The notes under the pieces are model-generated. The model was not told the DNA's origin, searched no databases, and saw nothing but the letters and a program-made list of their open reading frames with translations. A DNA stretch of 64,000 nucleotides. Origin: Octopus vulgaris. Taxonomy: Eukaryota. The translations under genes were made by a program, and so were the position numbers. The stretch lies in assembly GCA_951406725.2 (NCBI GenBank), contig OX597835.1, forward strand, positions 7,130,001-7,194,000. Reading direction: 5' to 3'. Positions 27,170-41,507 of the stretch are shown piece after piece (position 1 is the stretch's first letter; each line of letters begins with the position of its first letter).

Positions 27170-27302
27170 ATTGCCAATGATATTAACGATAAACATAGTA
27201 TTAATAGATATAACAACACTGGCAACATTAATGATAATAATAATAATAATAATAATAATGATAATAATGATAACAATAATAATAATAATAATAATAATAA
27301 TG

Positions 27303-27333
<31 letters not shown>

Positions 27334-27359
27334 TAATAATGATAACAATAATAATGATG

Positions 27360-27405
<46 letters not shown>

Positions 27406-27430
27406 TAATAATAATAATAATAATGATAAT

Positions 27431-27465
<35 letters not shown>

Positions 27466-27479
27466 TAATAATAATAATG

Positions 27480-27561
<82 letters not shown>

Positions 27562-27600
27562 TAATAATAATAATAATGAAAATAATAATAATGATAAAGA
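27170..27600. repeat. (AAT)n/(GAT) microsatellite
   Basis: Direct reading. Confidence 0.95.
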
Positions 27601-27891
27601 GGAAGATCAGAATGAAGATATATATGCATAATACCGTTAACAGTTACTAAGCCAAATACACTTATGTAAATATATATGTGTGTGTGTATGTGTATGTGTA
27701 TGTACATATATAGATGTATGTGTGTGTATGTACATATATATAAATATATATGTGTACATGGATATATATATGTACATATATATATATATGTGTGTACATG
27801 TATATATATATATATATATATCCATGTACACACACACACACACATATATATAGTTAGATAGATAAATAGATAAATTGATAGTGACACACAC

Positions 27892-27939
<48 letters not shown>

Positions 27940-28161
27940 GCAAAACACACATACACAAAAGTTTTTCTAGTCTGGTGGTTCGATTTTTTTGTTTTTCTTC
28001 TCCCTCCCCTTTATTTTGTAACGTAATTACGATGGACATTAAACTATTTAAAAGTAAACTGGACCGGAAACGTGTCAGTACCCCATAAATCTACAGGCAA
28101 CAACAACAACAAAAACAATAATTATAATAATAATAATAACAACAACAACAACAACAACAAC

Positions 28162-28241
<80 letters not shown>

Positions 28242-28251
28242 GAAGAAGAAG

Positions 28252-28565
28252 AATTAAAGCCAAGAGGCTGGATATAGTTGTCGGAGATCGTGAAGAAAAA
28301 GTTGCTTTCTAATCAATTTATCAATACCAACAGATGATAACGTTTCTCTAAAAGAAATGGAGAAGCTTTCAAAATACAAAGACCTGGAAATGGAGGTAAC
28401 TCGAATGTAAAGTCTAAAAACAGAAACAATTCCTATCATAATTGGCGCAATAGGTATGATAAAAAAAATATTCAGACAAATACATAACAAAAACACCAGG
28501 ACTTAAAAATATATATAATATACAGAAAATTTCACTACTGGGCACTGCACACATCCTACGAAAAG
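28252..28565 (+). mobile_element. R4/Dong-like retrotransposon fragment (restriction-like endonuclease domain) directly after (AAT)n
   Basis: KAKRLDIVV..SIPTDDNVSLKEMEKLSKYKDLEMEVTRM*SLKTETIPIIIGAIGMIKK..IQKISLLGTAHILRK (RPD/KxxKY/LLGT motifs). Confidence 0.85.
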
Positions 28566-28659
28566 GTCAAAGCAACAAAAAGCAACATCAAAACAGAATG
28601 AGAAATGATACTGAAGAAGAAATGAAGAGAAAAATCACTCCATGGCCAACACCCTGCAA

Positions 28660-28902
28660 GGTTTGACATAGTGTGACAAGGCTGCCCCTTTGAATTTCAG
28701 GCACAACAGAAATGGGAAGAAAGAGCGAGAGAAAGTTGTGGTGAAAGAGTACAGCAGGGTTCGCCACCATCCCCTGCCGGATCCTTGAGGAGCTTTAGGT
28801 GTTTTCATTCAATAAACACTCACAATGCTCTGTCTGGGAATCGAAAAAACGATCCTATGACTGCGAATCCGCAGCCCAAACCACTGGGCCGTCGCGCCTC
28901 CA
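28660..28902 (-). mobile_element. SINE family C, 3'-truncated
   Basis: Homologous to 16845-17086. Confidence 0.85.
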
Positions 28903-29565
28903 CTCCAAGCCACTCAAGGATGTTGAAATCTATCATAGAATATTCGTTTTATACTCTTCAACGTAGAAGCCTTTCAACAGCTCGCAAAAATTAATAGACA
29001 CATCGAAAGAAACTCCAACAGTGATAGTTCTAAGAGCAACCATTATTAGCAAAACTGGCTGCAAATATTCGCAAGAAAAACTAATAAAAGAAATAACGGA
29101 TTAGCTGCAACATCAGAATGCAAATTATAAACTCACATTGTTTTTTGTTTTTTTTTGTAATCCTCACGATTATCTTTCTTTGTTATACCATTGTAAATAC
29201 CTAATAATCCAAAATCCGAATACAATTCTAATATCAGCTGAAGCCATTTGAGTTTTGCTAAGCTCGTCAAGAATGGTACGAAGGCTATATTTTTCTTCTC
29301 TAAATATCCGGGATTTCTGAGTTAACGATGGAAAACATAGGAAAACAAATGAATGATCCCTTTTGTCTTGGACACAAAAGGAGGAAGCGTGTGGCTGTAT
29401 GTACCTGCGACTTTGTTTTATTAGTAAATAAAAATCTCCAAGGATTCATAAAATGCAGAGTCGATCGTTGTGGAATTTGAATTGAAAACAAAGAAACGAA
29501 ACAAAATACGGTTAAAATGTTTAATATCACGATCCTGTTCCTATAAATTCTTGTGCCATATAAAA

Positions 29566-29782
29566 GGGTAAAAACCCCCTTTGGTCATGAATGAATGACC
29601 ATGAGATTGCAAGTAGAATGTTACCCTCCGAGGCACAAGTGCGGGCAGGGTTGTTTAACGGAAGACCAGCAATCGCCCATGAATACCAGCTCCCTTCTCC
29701 AGCCCACCAACGTTACCCAAGGGAAAGGTAAAAGTTTATGCAGCTGGGCACCAGTGACGTCGGAGCTCAGCTGGAGCAACGT
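29566..29782 (-). mobile_element. SINE/LINE-tail repeat fragment
   Basis: GC-richer block GGTAAAAACCCCCTTTGGTCATG..CTGGAGCAACG ending in a CORE-like segment; single copy here, assigned from recollection. Confidence 0.5.
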
Positions 29783-30029
29783 TTGTAGCTCGCTTCTCCT
29801 TTCCTCATTCACTCTCCCATTCACCTACCCACACACCTCGCTATTCGCCCAACTTTCACATTATGCCCTGAGGGTCCACCAAGACACAACATCACAACGG
29901 TTTTTATCTTTCCAACTCCACCCGTTCATTCCCGACTTCTCGGCTAAAATGAAATGTGAGCAGTTATGTATGTCTCCTACTGTATCTTGTTCTGCTCTGG
30001 TTCCTACATTCGTATTTTTATTTGTAATA

Positions 30030-30255
30030 TAAAGCTGCTCCCCACCCAGTGTTCGTAGTCATGCGAACTGTATTGAAACCCCACATCACAAAGACACCCA
30101 GTACACACTGTAATGTTGTTGGCGTTGGAAGGTCATTCACTCATTGAAGCCAACACAAAACAGACAATAGTGCACAATGAACTCCTTGGGTCCATCGTAT
30201 CCTGTCAGGCCCTTCAGTCTATACCCAGCATGATACACAGGCATCATATGATGAT
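30030..30255 (+). mobile_element. Diverged SINE 3' part with (GAT)n tail
   Basis: GTTGGCGTTGGAAGGTCATTCA motif, ends CCAGCATG..TGATGATG. Confidence 0.45.
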
Positions 30256-30385
30256 GCGAAGGAGGAGTAGGAGGGATAGGAAGAGAAGGGTGACGGTGGT
30301 GGCGACGACGACGAAGTCAATGATGATGATGATGATGATGATGATGATATCGCCGCCACTGACGACGAGGACGACGATGATGATG

Positions 30386-30416
<31 letters not shown>

Positions 30417-30607
30417 GGACGACGATGATGATGATTGCGACGACGATGATGATGATGACGACGACGACGATGATGATGATGACAACGACGACGATGATGA
30501 TGATAGCATTCACACGATCACGAATTGGCTGAAAAGGGGCTATGCAAAAAATAAATAATAATAAGTAAATGAGGAAAAACATTATAGAAGAATATATTAT
30601 TTATATA

Positions 30608-30912
30608 GTGGAGGCACATGGCCTAGTGGTTAGAGCAGGGGACTCACGGTCGAGTGAACGCGGATTCGAATCTCAGACAGGGCAATCTGTGTGTTTATGA
30701 GCGAAACACCTAAGCTCCACGCAGCTCCGGCAGAACGTTATGGCGAATTTCTGCTGACTCTTTCGCCACAACTTTCTCTCACTCTTTCCTCCTGCATCTT
30801 GCAGCTCACCTGCGACGGACCGGTGTCCCGTCCAGGTGAGGAACCTATACGCCAAGGAACCAGGGAAACCGGCCCTTATGAGCCAGGCATGGCTCAAGAA
30901 GGCACAAACAAC
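30608..30912 (+). mobile_element. SINE family C, tail type 3
   Basis: Head GTGGAGGCACATGGCCTAGTGGTTAGAGC; tail GCAGCTCACCTGCGACGGACCGGTGTCCCGTCCAGG..GGCTCAAGAAGG, shared with 36105-36360. Confidence 0.88.
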
Positions 30913-31234
30913 ATTTTATTTATTTATTTATTTATTTAGACCAACCTCTTTAGTATTACATTATTACGGATAGTAAATCATTTTCCAGTGGATATTTTAG
31001 AGCAATTGCTTAATACACAAATAGAATTTTTTCAAAGCGATTATTCGAAAAGAAAAAAGAATGAATTAAATAAAAATTTGTCAAGAAAATAACCGGGATC
31101 TTGTAAAACTGAATTCATTTCTCCAAAGGTTAAACAAAACTAATTTATTTTGCGTTCGTTACGGCAAAAGAAACTACCAGAGGGAATAAACCTACAAATT
31201 ATATTATATTAGTCAAAAGAGGTTGTAACTACTT

Positions 31235-31259
31235 TTACTGCGGTTTGTATATTCGATTA

Positions 31260-31317
<58 letters not shown>

Positions 31318-31334
31318 CAATGTTATTATCATTA

Positions 31335-31417
<83 letters not shown>

Positions 31418-31456
31418 CATTATTATTATTGTTGTTGTTGTTGTTGTTGTTGTTGT
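31235..31456. repeat. (ATT)n/(GTT)n microsatellite
   Basis: Direct reading. Confidence 0.95.
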
Positions 31457-31974
31457 ATTCTCTTTATTATTTAAAAGCATACTTCAAAATTCGTTTATTT
31501 TGCAGTTTGTCTTTAGTTTTACGTTTTTTTTTTCTTCGTCGCCACTCCTTATAACTGCTGAGTGGTTATATGGAACATAGGTCGAAACTAATGACGTATA
31601 TAAGCAGCTGTTCTATCCTTAATTTAATAACTCATTTCCAAATATTTTCAAGCAAATATGTTTTTTGCTAAACAACGAATTGAAACGTCATCGTCTACTG
31701 AGGCAGCGAATGCGTCGCCACTATCGCCGATATCGTAGTCATCGTAGTTTTAAGATGCGCCGCTCCATGCTTGCATGGGTGGAGAGAGAGCTTTATTTTA
31801 TCGCCAACTTTTTCTTCTTTCCCTATGACCAGACGTTTTTCCGTAGAATATTGCAAGCGAATAACATTCATTTACAACTACTACGCACTGTCAAGGCAAG
31901 AAATCATAAACACCCTCATACAAAAATACACACACAAACACACACATATATCAATTAAAATTAAAAACAGAACA

Positions 31975-32290
31975 CAAAGGATATCGCGGTACACGTGTTT
32001 CAAGCTTTATAAACAATCCCTTATTACATTAGTGTATTATTGATATAAAAGATGGTTTAAAGCTATCTTCAGCCGCAAACATTGTTAGTCCAAAGAATTA
32101 CATGACAATATAAAATATATGAAAAGTACATGTAGTATTACCCATTATAATAGGTTTATCATATCTCTTTGAAAAAGTGTATTCGTATTTTAATATTATT
32201 GGATATATTCTCTCTCACCTCTGCCACTATCTGGCATATAAAGGTGCTTACACTTATCAAGTATTCACCCTAAATTTACAGTACCTACTA
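31975..32290. mobile_element. PLE pseudo-LTR (HH2) with internal inversion
   Basis: 31975-32170 is the reverse complement of 13530-13710, whereas 32177-32263 matches 13714-13797 directly. Confidence 0.8.
31984..32078 (-). ncRNA. Type I hammerhead ribozyme (HH2, second copy)
   Basis: Minus: TTGCGG-CTGAAGA-TAGCTTTA..TAAAGCTT-GAAA-CACGTG-TA-CCGCGA. Confidence 0.82.
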
Positions 32291-32370
32291 TCTATATATA
32301 TATACATTTTTTTTGTTTTCTGCACAGTCACAGGGACTAGTTTGTCTATTTCTATTATTATACTAGTCTC

Positions 32371-32781
32371 TGTGATTGCACAAAAAAAGGTGTCCGTTAG
32401 ACAAAAATGTAAGACCAAAAACAATGTCTACAGTTGTAAAGTTAGCGAAGAGAATAAGGAATACTTTTATAATGGTGCAAACCCAGTTTTTGTCAAACAA
32501 AAGATCGATAATCATTTAAATTCACTTAAGGATAGGAAAAAAGGAATAGTACTAGCTTAAGTAAATTAATTTGGTCGCCCAAAGACAAGAATAAGATTTA
32601 TCCAATTGATTAGGAAATAATTCGTACCTCTAAGACATATAGAATAGATGGAAAGAAATGTGAGATATGCGTAGAAAAATTCTTATCAAATTTTCACTTC
32701 AAAATACACATTAGTAAACACGAGGCAAGAACATGCACTGCAGTGAGGTGTCTTCACGCACGAAAATGGAGGTTTGGATAG
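32371..32781 (+). mobile_element. Penelope-like element GIY-YIG endonuclease pseudogene fragment (Naiad/Neptune-like)
   Basis: Frameshifted CDC..CPLD.KCKTKNNVYSCKV..YFYNG..KQKIDNHLNSLK..STSLSKLIW..KKCEICVEK..LVNTRQE..CLHARKW. Confidence 0.8.
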
Positions 32782-33662
32782 TTTAAATGGAAACTTGCAC
32801 AATACACAAAACTAATAAAGGAGAAACCAAAACCCGACGATGACTGATTAGCAGAACGATTCGAACTTAGTTTGCATATGTGTTAAGATAATTTTGTCCT
32901 TTACATTTTTTCGATAAAAATTAAACACAATGTTGTAGGTTGTATTCATTTTTACCTGTATCTATTAAATAAAATCACAGTTTTTAATTTTCATTTAACT
33001 TTTATCTTATGAACATTATATACTATACATAATATAGTATATACCATGCATATGGCAATTGGAGTCTAACCAGACCCCATTGGCCTTCTGTGTACGTTGC
33101 AGTCATTCTTATCGAAATATCTATTTGTTTGGAGATTAAATAATGGTAACTTGTCATTTTCATGAACAAAAAAAAAAAGCAAAGACAAAATCAAAATTAT
33201 AATTAAGTTAGTCTTTATATATTTAGAGGAGAAAGCATGGAAATAGGGAAAAAAATCATATATGGAAAATACAGCTGATATAGCTACAAGATAAATTGAA
33301 ACAAGTATGAAGTCAGGTGAAAAAAATTCAGGTTACTGAACACAAATGGCGTCCATGAATTATTTATTTTCTGAACAATTCTGCTTTTCCTGCATCAAAC
33401 AACGGTCATAGAATCTTGTATATTTGCCAGTTGATTCTTTCCCCGCTACTTTGGCAACTAAACACTGAAATCTATATATTGCTGATAAGAGTGAAATAAA
33501 ATTGAAATATATCCAGAGTTATGCCCCGTTTTTCCTTGAATAATTAAAAACAATAGTAATCATGGATTAATACGATATTTTATTTCTTTTATCATTCTGT
33601 TTCACAACAAAATTATTTTTCAGTTCGACGATGTTCGCTGTATGAAATCGGTTCAAACTTAG

Positions 33663-33760
<98 letters not shown>

Positions 33761-34194
33761 ATGTATCTATATATCTATCTATCTATCTCCACACACACTG
33801 CACGCACGCACACACACACATACACACACACACACATATATATATATGTAATCCAAGTCGGATATCTTTTGAACGCAACCCGTAATCCAAGCTTTCTTGG
33901 TCAAGAACACATCACAAGTTCGAGAGGCTCCCTTCTCTCTTGAAAGACACACCAGAAGGAAAGCGATTTGTGTCGCGAGAGGAAATTATGAATAAAGAAA
34001 CGGTGATGCTCCGTAGCATTCCAGAGCTGTTACCAGTCAGAACCGCTGGGAAAAGTGTATGAGCCCTCAAGAGGTGTATTTTGAAGGTGATTAAATAAAA
34101 TTTGTAAAATGTACAAAATCGCTTTTTTTAATGCCCAAATTTTGGATACTCTCAGAACGAACCTCGTATATATATGCATGTATGTACGTGTGTG

Positions 34195-34226
<32 letters not shown>

Positions 34227-35299
34227 TGTATGTATGTATGTATGTATGTATGTATGTATGTATGCATGTATGTTCGTATGTATGTAAATTATAGCAACGA
34301 AAATTGTAATTCGAAATCACAAACACGTCATAGTGCCAGTACAAATGTAAATAATTATTTTATAGTGGAAGCAGGAATATTGAAACAGGAGTGAGAGAGA
34401 GAGAGAAAGTGAGAGAGAGAGAGAAAGTGAGAGAGAGAGAGAAAGTGAGAGAGAGAAACAGGAAGGACAGAGACAGATAGAGAAAGAAGAGGGAGAGTGA
34501 GAGAGATTGAGAAGGGAGAGGAAAAGACAGACAGACGGACAGACGGATATACAGGCGGATGGACAGACGGAATGAGTGGGTAAATGAGAGAGAGAGAGAG
34601 AGAAAGGAATGAAATACAGAAAGCAAAAAGAAAGACAGAAGGATGGAAATAAGTAAGAAAGAAAGAAAGAAAAACGAAAGCCAGCAAGAAAGAAAAAAGG
34701 AAAATGGTTGGAATGAAAAAAGAGATAAAGAAAGAAACAAAGATGGAAAGAAAATTCAAGAACGGAGGGGAATAGAAATGAAGAGAGAGAGAAAGAAAGA
34801 AGTTGAAAAAGACGTAAGGAAGAAAGAAGCAAATTGGGGAAAAAGAGAGAGAGAAAGAAAGGAAGAAAGAGGAATAGGAGACGATGAAAATATGTCAGTG
34901 AGATAATTCGCCCATTTTCTGCCAAACTCCCAGAATTCACTCACGGAATGTCAATTGTTGTTTCTTTTTTTTTTTTCCCCTTTTTTTTTTTTCTTTTTAG
35001 TTTTGAGTTTTTGTTGTCAGAAAATTACAGTGATTATACAACGGAATGTCATCGTACATGTCACATGTCCTCTGGGAAAGTTATGTGAGTACGTGTGTGT
35101 GTGTGTGTGTGTGTGTGTCAGGCTATGCGCGTGCATGTGTGTGTGTGCGCGAATGAGTGCGCGAGTGTGTGTGTGCGTGGCTTCTCGTATGTGTAAGTAT
35201 GCGTGTGTGCATGAATGAGAATACATACATGCCAATACATATATATAGTTATAGATTCATAGATATTTTAATCACTCAGACACAGAGACGTGTATATAT

Positions 35300-35375
<76 letters not shown>

Positions 35376-35466
35376 GAGGGCATTATTACATATAAATGCC
35401 TCACGCTAAGAGGGACATAAGTCATTTCTACCAAAAATTTTATTAATCATACCCAATGCAGAATTG

Positions 35467-35520
<54 letters not shown>

Positions 35521-35662
35521 GTACATTAACATTTAGGTACAAGTATACATACACGCACATATATATATATAAACTCTAACATTTTATACATACATATGCA
35601 CACACACACATATATATGTATATGTAGATTTGTGTATGTGTATATTCATATAAATTCGTGAT

Positions 35663-35745
<83 letters not shown>

Positions 35746-35770
35746 CCGTGTGTGTGTATATATATGTGTA

Positions 35771-35810
<40 letters not shown>

Positions 35811-36015
35811 TATGTAGGTAAGACTCTGCATGGTCCAAGAGTGACCAATGGTTTCGCATCCACAACGGACCTAGCCCCATGGACTCGTCATACAATCGTT
35901 AGATTCTAAAGCCAAAGGCAAATGTAACTTTGACGAGACGTCCATGGGGCTAAACCCTATGTGAATGCGAAAGTATTGGTCACACTGTGGCCGGACAGAG
36001 GGTCAACTTCACATA
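35811..36015. mobile_element. Fold-back MITE (whole element is an imperfect palindrome)
   Basis: GTGACCAAT..TTTCGCAT..TAGCCCCATGGAC TCGTCA versus TGACGA..GTCCATGGGGCTA..ATGCGAAA..ATTGGTCAC. Confidence 0.75.
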
Positions 36016-36104
36016 AATTCATTACTGCTCTATGCTTTAGAGTGTTTTTTTTTCTTTTGAATATATGATACATTGAATATATATATATATATATGTTGTT
36101 GTTT

Positions 36105-36360
36105 CTTCCTTGTTGAGCCATAATTGGCGCATAACAGCCGGTTTCGCTGCTTCATTGGCGTATAGGTTCCCCTTATTAACGGGACCCCGGGCCGTCGCAG
36201 GTGAGCTGCTAGAGTCAGCAGAAGTTCGCCATTACCTTCCGCCGGATCCGCGTGGAGCTCAGGTGTTTCTCTCATAAACACACGCATCACCGACTCTGAG
36301 ATTCGAACCGGCGATCCCTCGACTGCGAGACCGCTGCTCAAACCACTTGGCCATAAGCCT
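36105..36360 (-). mobile_element. SINE family C, tail type 3, diverged
   Basis: Reverse complement similar to 30608-30912. Confidence 0.8.
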
Positions 36361-36487
<127 letters not shown>

Positions 36488-36687
36488 TACACGCACACAC
36501 TTTTCATTTGCAGGGAAGCTGTAGTGTTTACCTTGTGTTCATGCGCGAAAATTTCGACTCTCGAGTTCTTTTGTATGTCTTCTGCTACATATACATACAT
36601 ATACCTACCTGTCTGTCTGTCGCTATTGCTTTGTCTGTCTGTCTGTCTATCTGTCTGTCTGTCTCTGTCTATGCTTTCTCTCTCTCT

Positions 36688-36791
<104 letters not shown>

Positions 36792-37523
36792 TTGTGTGTG
36801 TGTGTGTGTTTGGTATCGATCGTTGAAAGATAATGCTTCCAATTTTCTTTCTCTTTTCGTTTTTCTCTTTCTTTCTTCCTTTCTTTTATTTATCTCTCCC
36901 CCCCCTTCTCAACCTCCACCAGGAATCTCGTACCTGTAACCCCCATCATTAGCCTCGTCTGCGTGTGTCTATATGTGTGTGTCTCTTTAGTCTAGTATGA
37001 ACTGTTGTTTATACGGATATCGAGTGAATATCTCACGCACAGCCTCACGCAACGTATAAAAAATTCATTTATAAAGGCATATTATCTGTTCTTTTAATCT
37101 AAGCTAATTTCATTCAGCTTATTATATTTTCCTTATCTTGGTGAACTTGTTAACTTTTTGTAGCTTTTTCAAAAGAACTGTGTCTGAAATGTTTAAATGT
37201 TTGTATTTCGATGGTTTATTCATTTTCTAGAATGTTAATTAAAAATAAAATCGTCTAAGTTTCAAAAGTATCAATCGGTAGACACCCGTTATATTAAACT
37301 GGAAAAAAACCCCAAAAAACAAACAATACAGATTATGGTTTCGATTTCGGGAAACTGCCTTCCAGTATAGCCATGGGCTTTTGGAGAGATTTTCGTATAC
37401 GGAAATGGTATGGAAGCTTATCGTATATATATATGTACACACACACACACACACACACACATACATATATATGATTGATTGATTGATTTGATTGATTCTA
37501 GTTTCAGCTTATGAGCTGTGGCC

Positions 37524-37557
<34 letters not shown>

Positions 37558-37581
37558 ATGTATGTGTGTGTGCGTGTCTTT

Positions 37582-37800
37582 TATTTGTTTCAGTCATCTG
37601 ACTGCGGCCATGCTGGAGCACCACCCTTTTAGTCGAAAAAGTTGACTCCAGGACTTACTCTTTGGAATCCCAGTTCTTATTCTATCGGTTTCTTTTGCCG
37701 AACCGCAAAGTGCCGGGGACGTAAATACACCAACATCGGTTGTAGAGCGATAGTGGGGGACAGACAAAGACACACAAACATACACACATATACGCACCCC

Positions 37801-37851
<51 letters not shown>

Positions 37852-37995
37852 TATATACGACAGGCTTCTTTCAGTTTCCCTCTACGAAATCCACTCACAA
37901 GGCTTTGGTCGGTCCGAGGCTATAGTAGAAGACACTTGCCCAATGTGCTACGGAGTGGGACTGAATTCGGAACCATGTGGTTGGTAAGCAAGCTA
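37582..37995 (-). mobile_element. SINE family B, near full length
   Basis: Collinear with 3322-3710. Confidence 0.9.
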
Positions 37996-38908
37996 TCCCC
38001 CCTCACACACACTCACACACACATATTTATATATATAGAGAGAAATCTATAGATATGTATTTATTATGTGTGTCAGTTTTTGTCTGCCCGACAGTGTTAG
38101 TTTGTTGTCATCCCTGTAACTCGGCAGTTCAGAAAAAGAAAACAATAGAACAAATAAGTATCATACTTCGTTATTGCTTTATTTAAAATGAAAAAAAAAA
38201 TACTGGTTTTCGTTTTGTTCCATTAAACCCCTTAAAATGCTGACCCCAACTCAACTCCACCACCACCCGCCACCTCCAGCATATACATTGTCCAACGATC
38301 GGGACAAGTAAAAGACGAAAGAGTAAATGTGTTTTATAATCTGAATCTTGTACCATCTCGTCGTTATTTGTTTAACCAGACGTCTATTTGCTGCAGTTTA
38401 CTATCTAAGCACTATGGTTAAAATCCCAGATAACAATAAGAAAGAAGCAAGTAGATTGATTATACAGTATTCTATCAGCTTCTAGGAAACAGTTAAATTA
38501 TTCCCCCTTTCCTGGTGGTAGTTAAGTGTACTTCAGCAGAAAAGAATTAACCGTTATAACCTTCAATATACAAACAAAATAAATAACAAAGCAAATAGTT
38601 TAAAATGGCTGATCCTAAATTACAAAACAACTTAAAATGGCCGATCCTTTTAAGCGTATTCCATAAACATTACGTAAAGCAATGCCGCTCCTTTTCAGTG
38701 CATTTACACTGTTTAAATCGATCGACAGACTGGCGCTCTCTCGCACTCAAAATTATGAATCAACTCTTGTAAGTTTAATTAAGTATTAACAATTAACCTG
38801 CTCAAGCGATTCAACTGAGTGTGTTTATTTCTATAATTAAAACACTAATTGATATCAGAAATAGGATTTAAAAAAAAACGGATTATTTCCTTAATTGGAG
38901 CAATATTC

Positions 38909-38939
<31 letters not shown>

Positions 38940-38960
38940 ATGTATGTGTGTGTGTGTGTG

Positions 38961-39175
38961 TACTCTTTTACTCTTTTACTTGTTTCAGTCATTTGACAGT
39001 GGCCATGCTTGAGCACCCCCTTTAGTCGATCAAATCGATACCAGTACTTTTTCTTTGTAAGCCTAGTACTTACTTTATAGGTCTCTTTTGACGAACCGCT
39101 AAGTTACGGGTACGTAAACACACAAGCATTGTTTGTCAAGCGATGTTGGTGGTGGTGGGGAACACAGACACAAAC
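38961..39175 (-). mobile_element. SINE family B 3' half
   Basis: TACTCTTTTACTCTTTTACTTGTTTCAGTC tail. Confidence 0.88.
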
Positions 39176-39228
39176 TTATACACACATACATACATACATA
39201 CCTACCTACATACATACATGCATACATG

Positions 39229-39262
<34 letters not shown>

Positions 39263-39697
39263 TATATATATATTGTAATTAAAAGGTAATAATATATATA
39301 TTAGAGAGCTAACTTGCAATACATATATGTGCGTGTGTGTGTGTATGTGTGTGTTTGTGTGAGTTTGTGTGTGTGTGCACGTGCGAATGCACGTGTGAAA
39401 TTTGCGTGAAGTTGGAAACGGCAGCAAGTGAAATTTGTAGTATGATAATTCTATGCGCACGCGCACACACAGGGACACACATATATCCATACATACTTAC
39501 GTACATGCACACACTTATATATATATGTATATGTGTGTGTGTGTGTATGTGTGTGTATGTGTGTGTGTATGTGTGTGTGTGTGTATTTTTAATATGCGCT
39601 TCGGCACTTGAAATTGAAAAAGATGTATTATATATAGCTCCTCATATCAAGCATCTTGGCATCCCTGAGGTAGAAAGAGGGTGAAAGGCTAACAATT

Positions 39698-39782
<85 letters not shown>

Positions 39783-40209
39783 AGGGTGAGGAGGAGAAAG
39801 AGAGCTGGATAGGTTGTAAACATTTCAAACAATTACAGAGATGTAATTAGGATATGATGGAGAAGATCGCGTACAGGTTATTCAGTTAGCTGTTTCGATG
39901 CAGTTCTTAGATATGAGAGAAAACCAAACAAGTACTTCTTTTGAAGTTTAATTACATAAAATATAAACTTGGAAGCAACCAAATATGTTTTCAATACAAT
40001 GTCTTCATTCTAAATGTGTATGTCGGACTATCGAATTTGAGATCGATATTTCGTACCCCAGGGACACCACCAATATCCAGGAGCCAGGTTCTTATTCATC
40101 ACCTTTGTCGATTAGGTTCTTTTGGATGTATACACACCCACACACACAGACCCACTCGCATATTTTCCCAATAGCCAGACGTGTTGTCACAGAAAACACT
40201 ACATATACG

Positions 40210-40662
40210 AAGGCGGCGAGCTAGCAGAAACGTTAGCACGCCGGGCGAAATGCGTAGCCGTATTTCGTCTGCCGTTACGTCCTGAGTTCGAAATCCGCCG
40301 AGGTCGACTTTGCCTTTCATCCTTTCGAGGTCGATAAATAAAGTACCAGTTACGTACTGGGGTCGAGGTTATCGACTTAATCCGTTTGTCTGTCCTTGTT
40401 TGTCCTCTCTGTGTTTAGCCCCTTGTGGGTAGTAGAGAGAGAAACGTTAGCACGCCGGGCGAAATGCGTAGCCGTATTTCGTCTGCCGGTTTCGTCTGTC
40501 GTTACGTCCTGAGTTCGAATTCCGCCGAGGTCGACTTTGCCTTTCATCCTTTCGGGGTCGATAAATTAAGTACCAGTTACGTACTGGGGTCGAGGTAATC
40601 GACTTAATCCGTTTGTCTGTCCTTGTTTGTCTCCTCTATCTTTAGCCCCTTGTGGGTAGTAA
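40210..40662 (+). mobile_element. SINE family A dimer
   Basis: Second unit restarts at GAAACGTTAGCACG (40441). Confidence 0.9.
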
Positions 40663-40855
40663 AAAAACAACAACAAAAAAACACTACATATACAACGGTA
40701 CAAGCGCGCGCAAGCATGCGTGCGTGTGTGTGTGTGTGTGTGTGTATGTGTGTGTGTGTATGTGTGTGTACATATACATATATGTCAATATTGGGTTTTC
40801 CCTTCAGTTATGATAAAAACAATTTTACATTAATCTGATGGGTTAATCTATACGT

Positions 40856-41116
40856 GAAGGCGCGTGGCTTGGTTGTTAGGTTATTTGGCTCACGATCGTA
40901 AGCTTGTGAGTTCAATTCCTAGCGACGCATTGTGTCCTTGAGAAAGATACTTTATTTCACATTGCTCCAGTCATCTTAGCTGGCAAAAAATAAGTAGTAC
41001 CTGTATTTCAAAAGGCCAGCCTTGTCACACTCTGTGTCACGCTGAATATTTCTGAGAACTATACTAAGGGTACACGTGTCTATGCATTGCTCACTCACTT
41101 GCACATTAATTTCACA
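40856..41116 (+). mobile_element. SINE with tRNA head, CORE-like domain and family C type-1 tail
   Basis: TGTGTCCTTGAGAAAGATACTTTATTTCACATTGCTCCAG then GTACCTGTATTTCAAAAGGCCAGCCTTGTCAC as in 16706-16890. Confidence 0.8.
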
Positions 41117-41117
41117 T

Positions 41118-41326
41118 GCAGGAGTGACAGTGTGGTGGGTGGGTGGCTTGCTTACCAAACACATGGTTTCAGGTTCAGTCCCACTGAGTGTTACCTTGGG
41201 CAAGGGTCTTCTACTGTAGTAGCCTCGGTCCGACTACATCTTTGACAGATGAATTGGTAAAGACGCCCGCCGTATATATATATATATATATATATATATT
41301 TCATACACATATATAGATAGATATAG

Positions 41327-41374
<48 letters not shown>

Positions 41375-41392
41375 TAGATAGATATAGATATG

Positions 41393-41458
<66 letters not shown>

Positions 41459-41465
41459 TATATAC

Positions 41466-41507
<42 letters not shown>

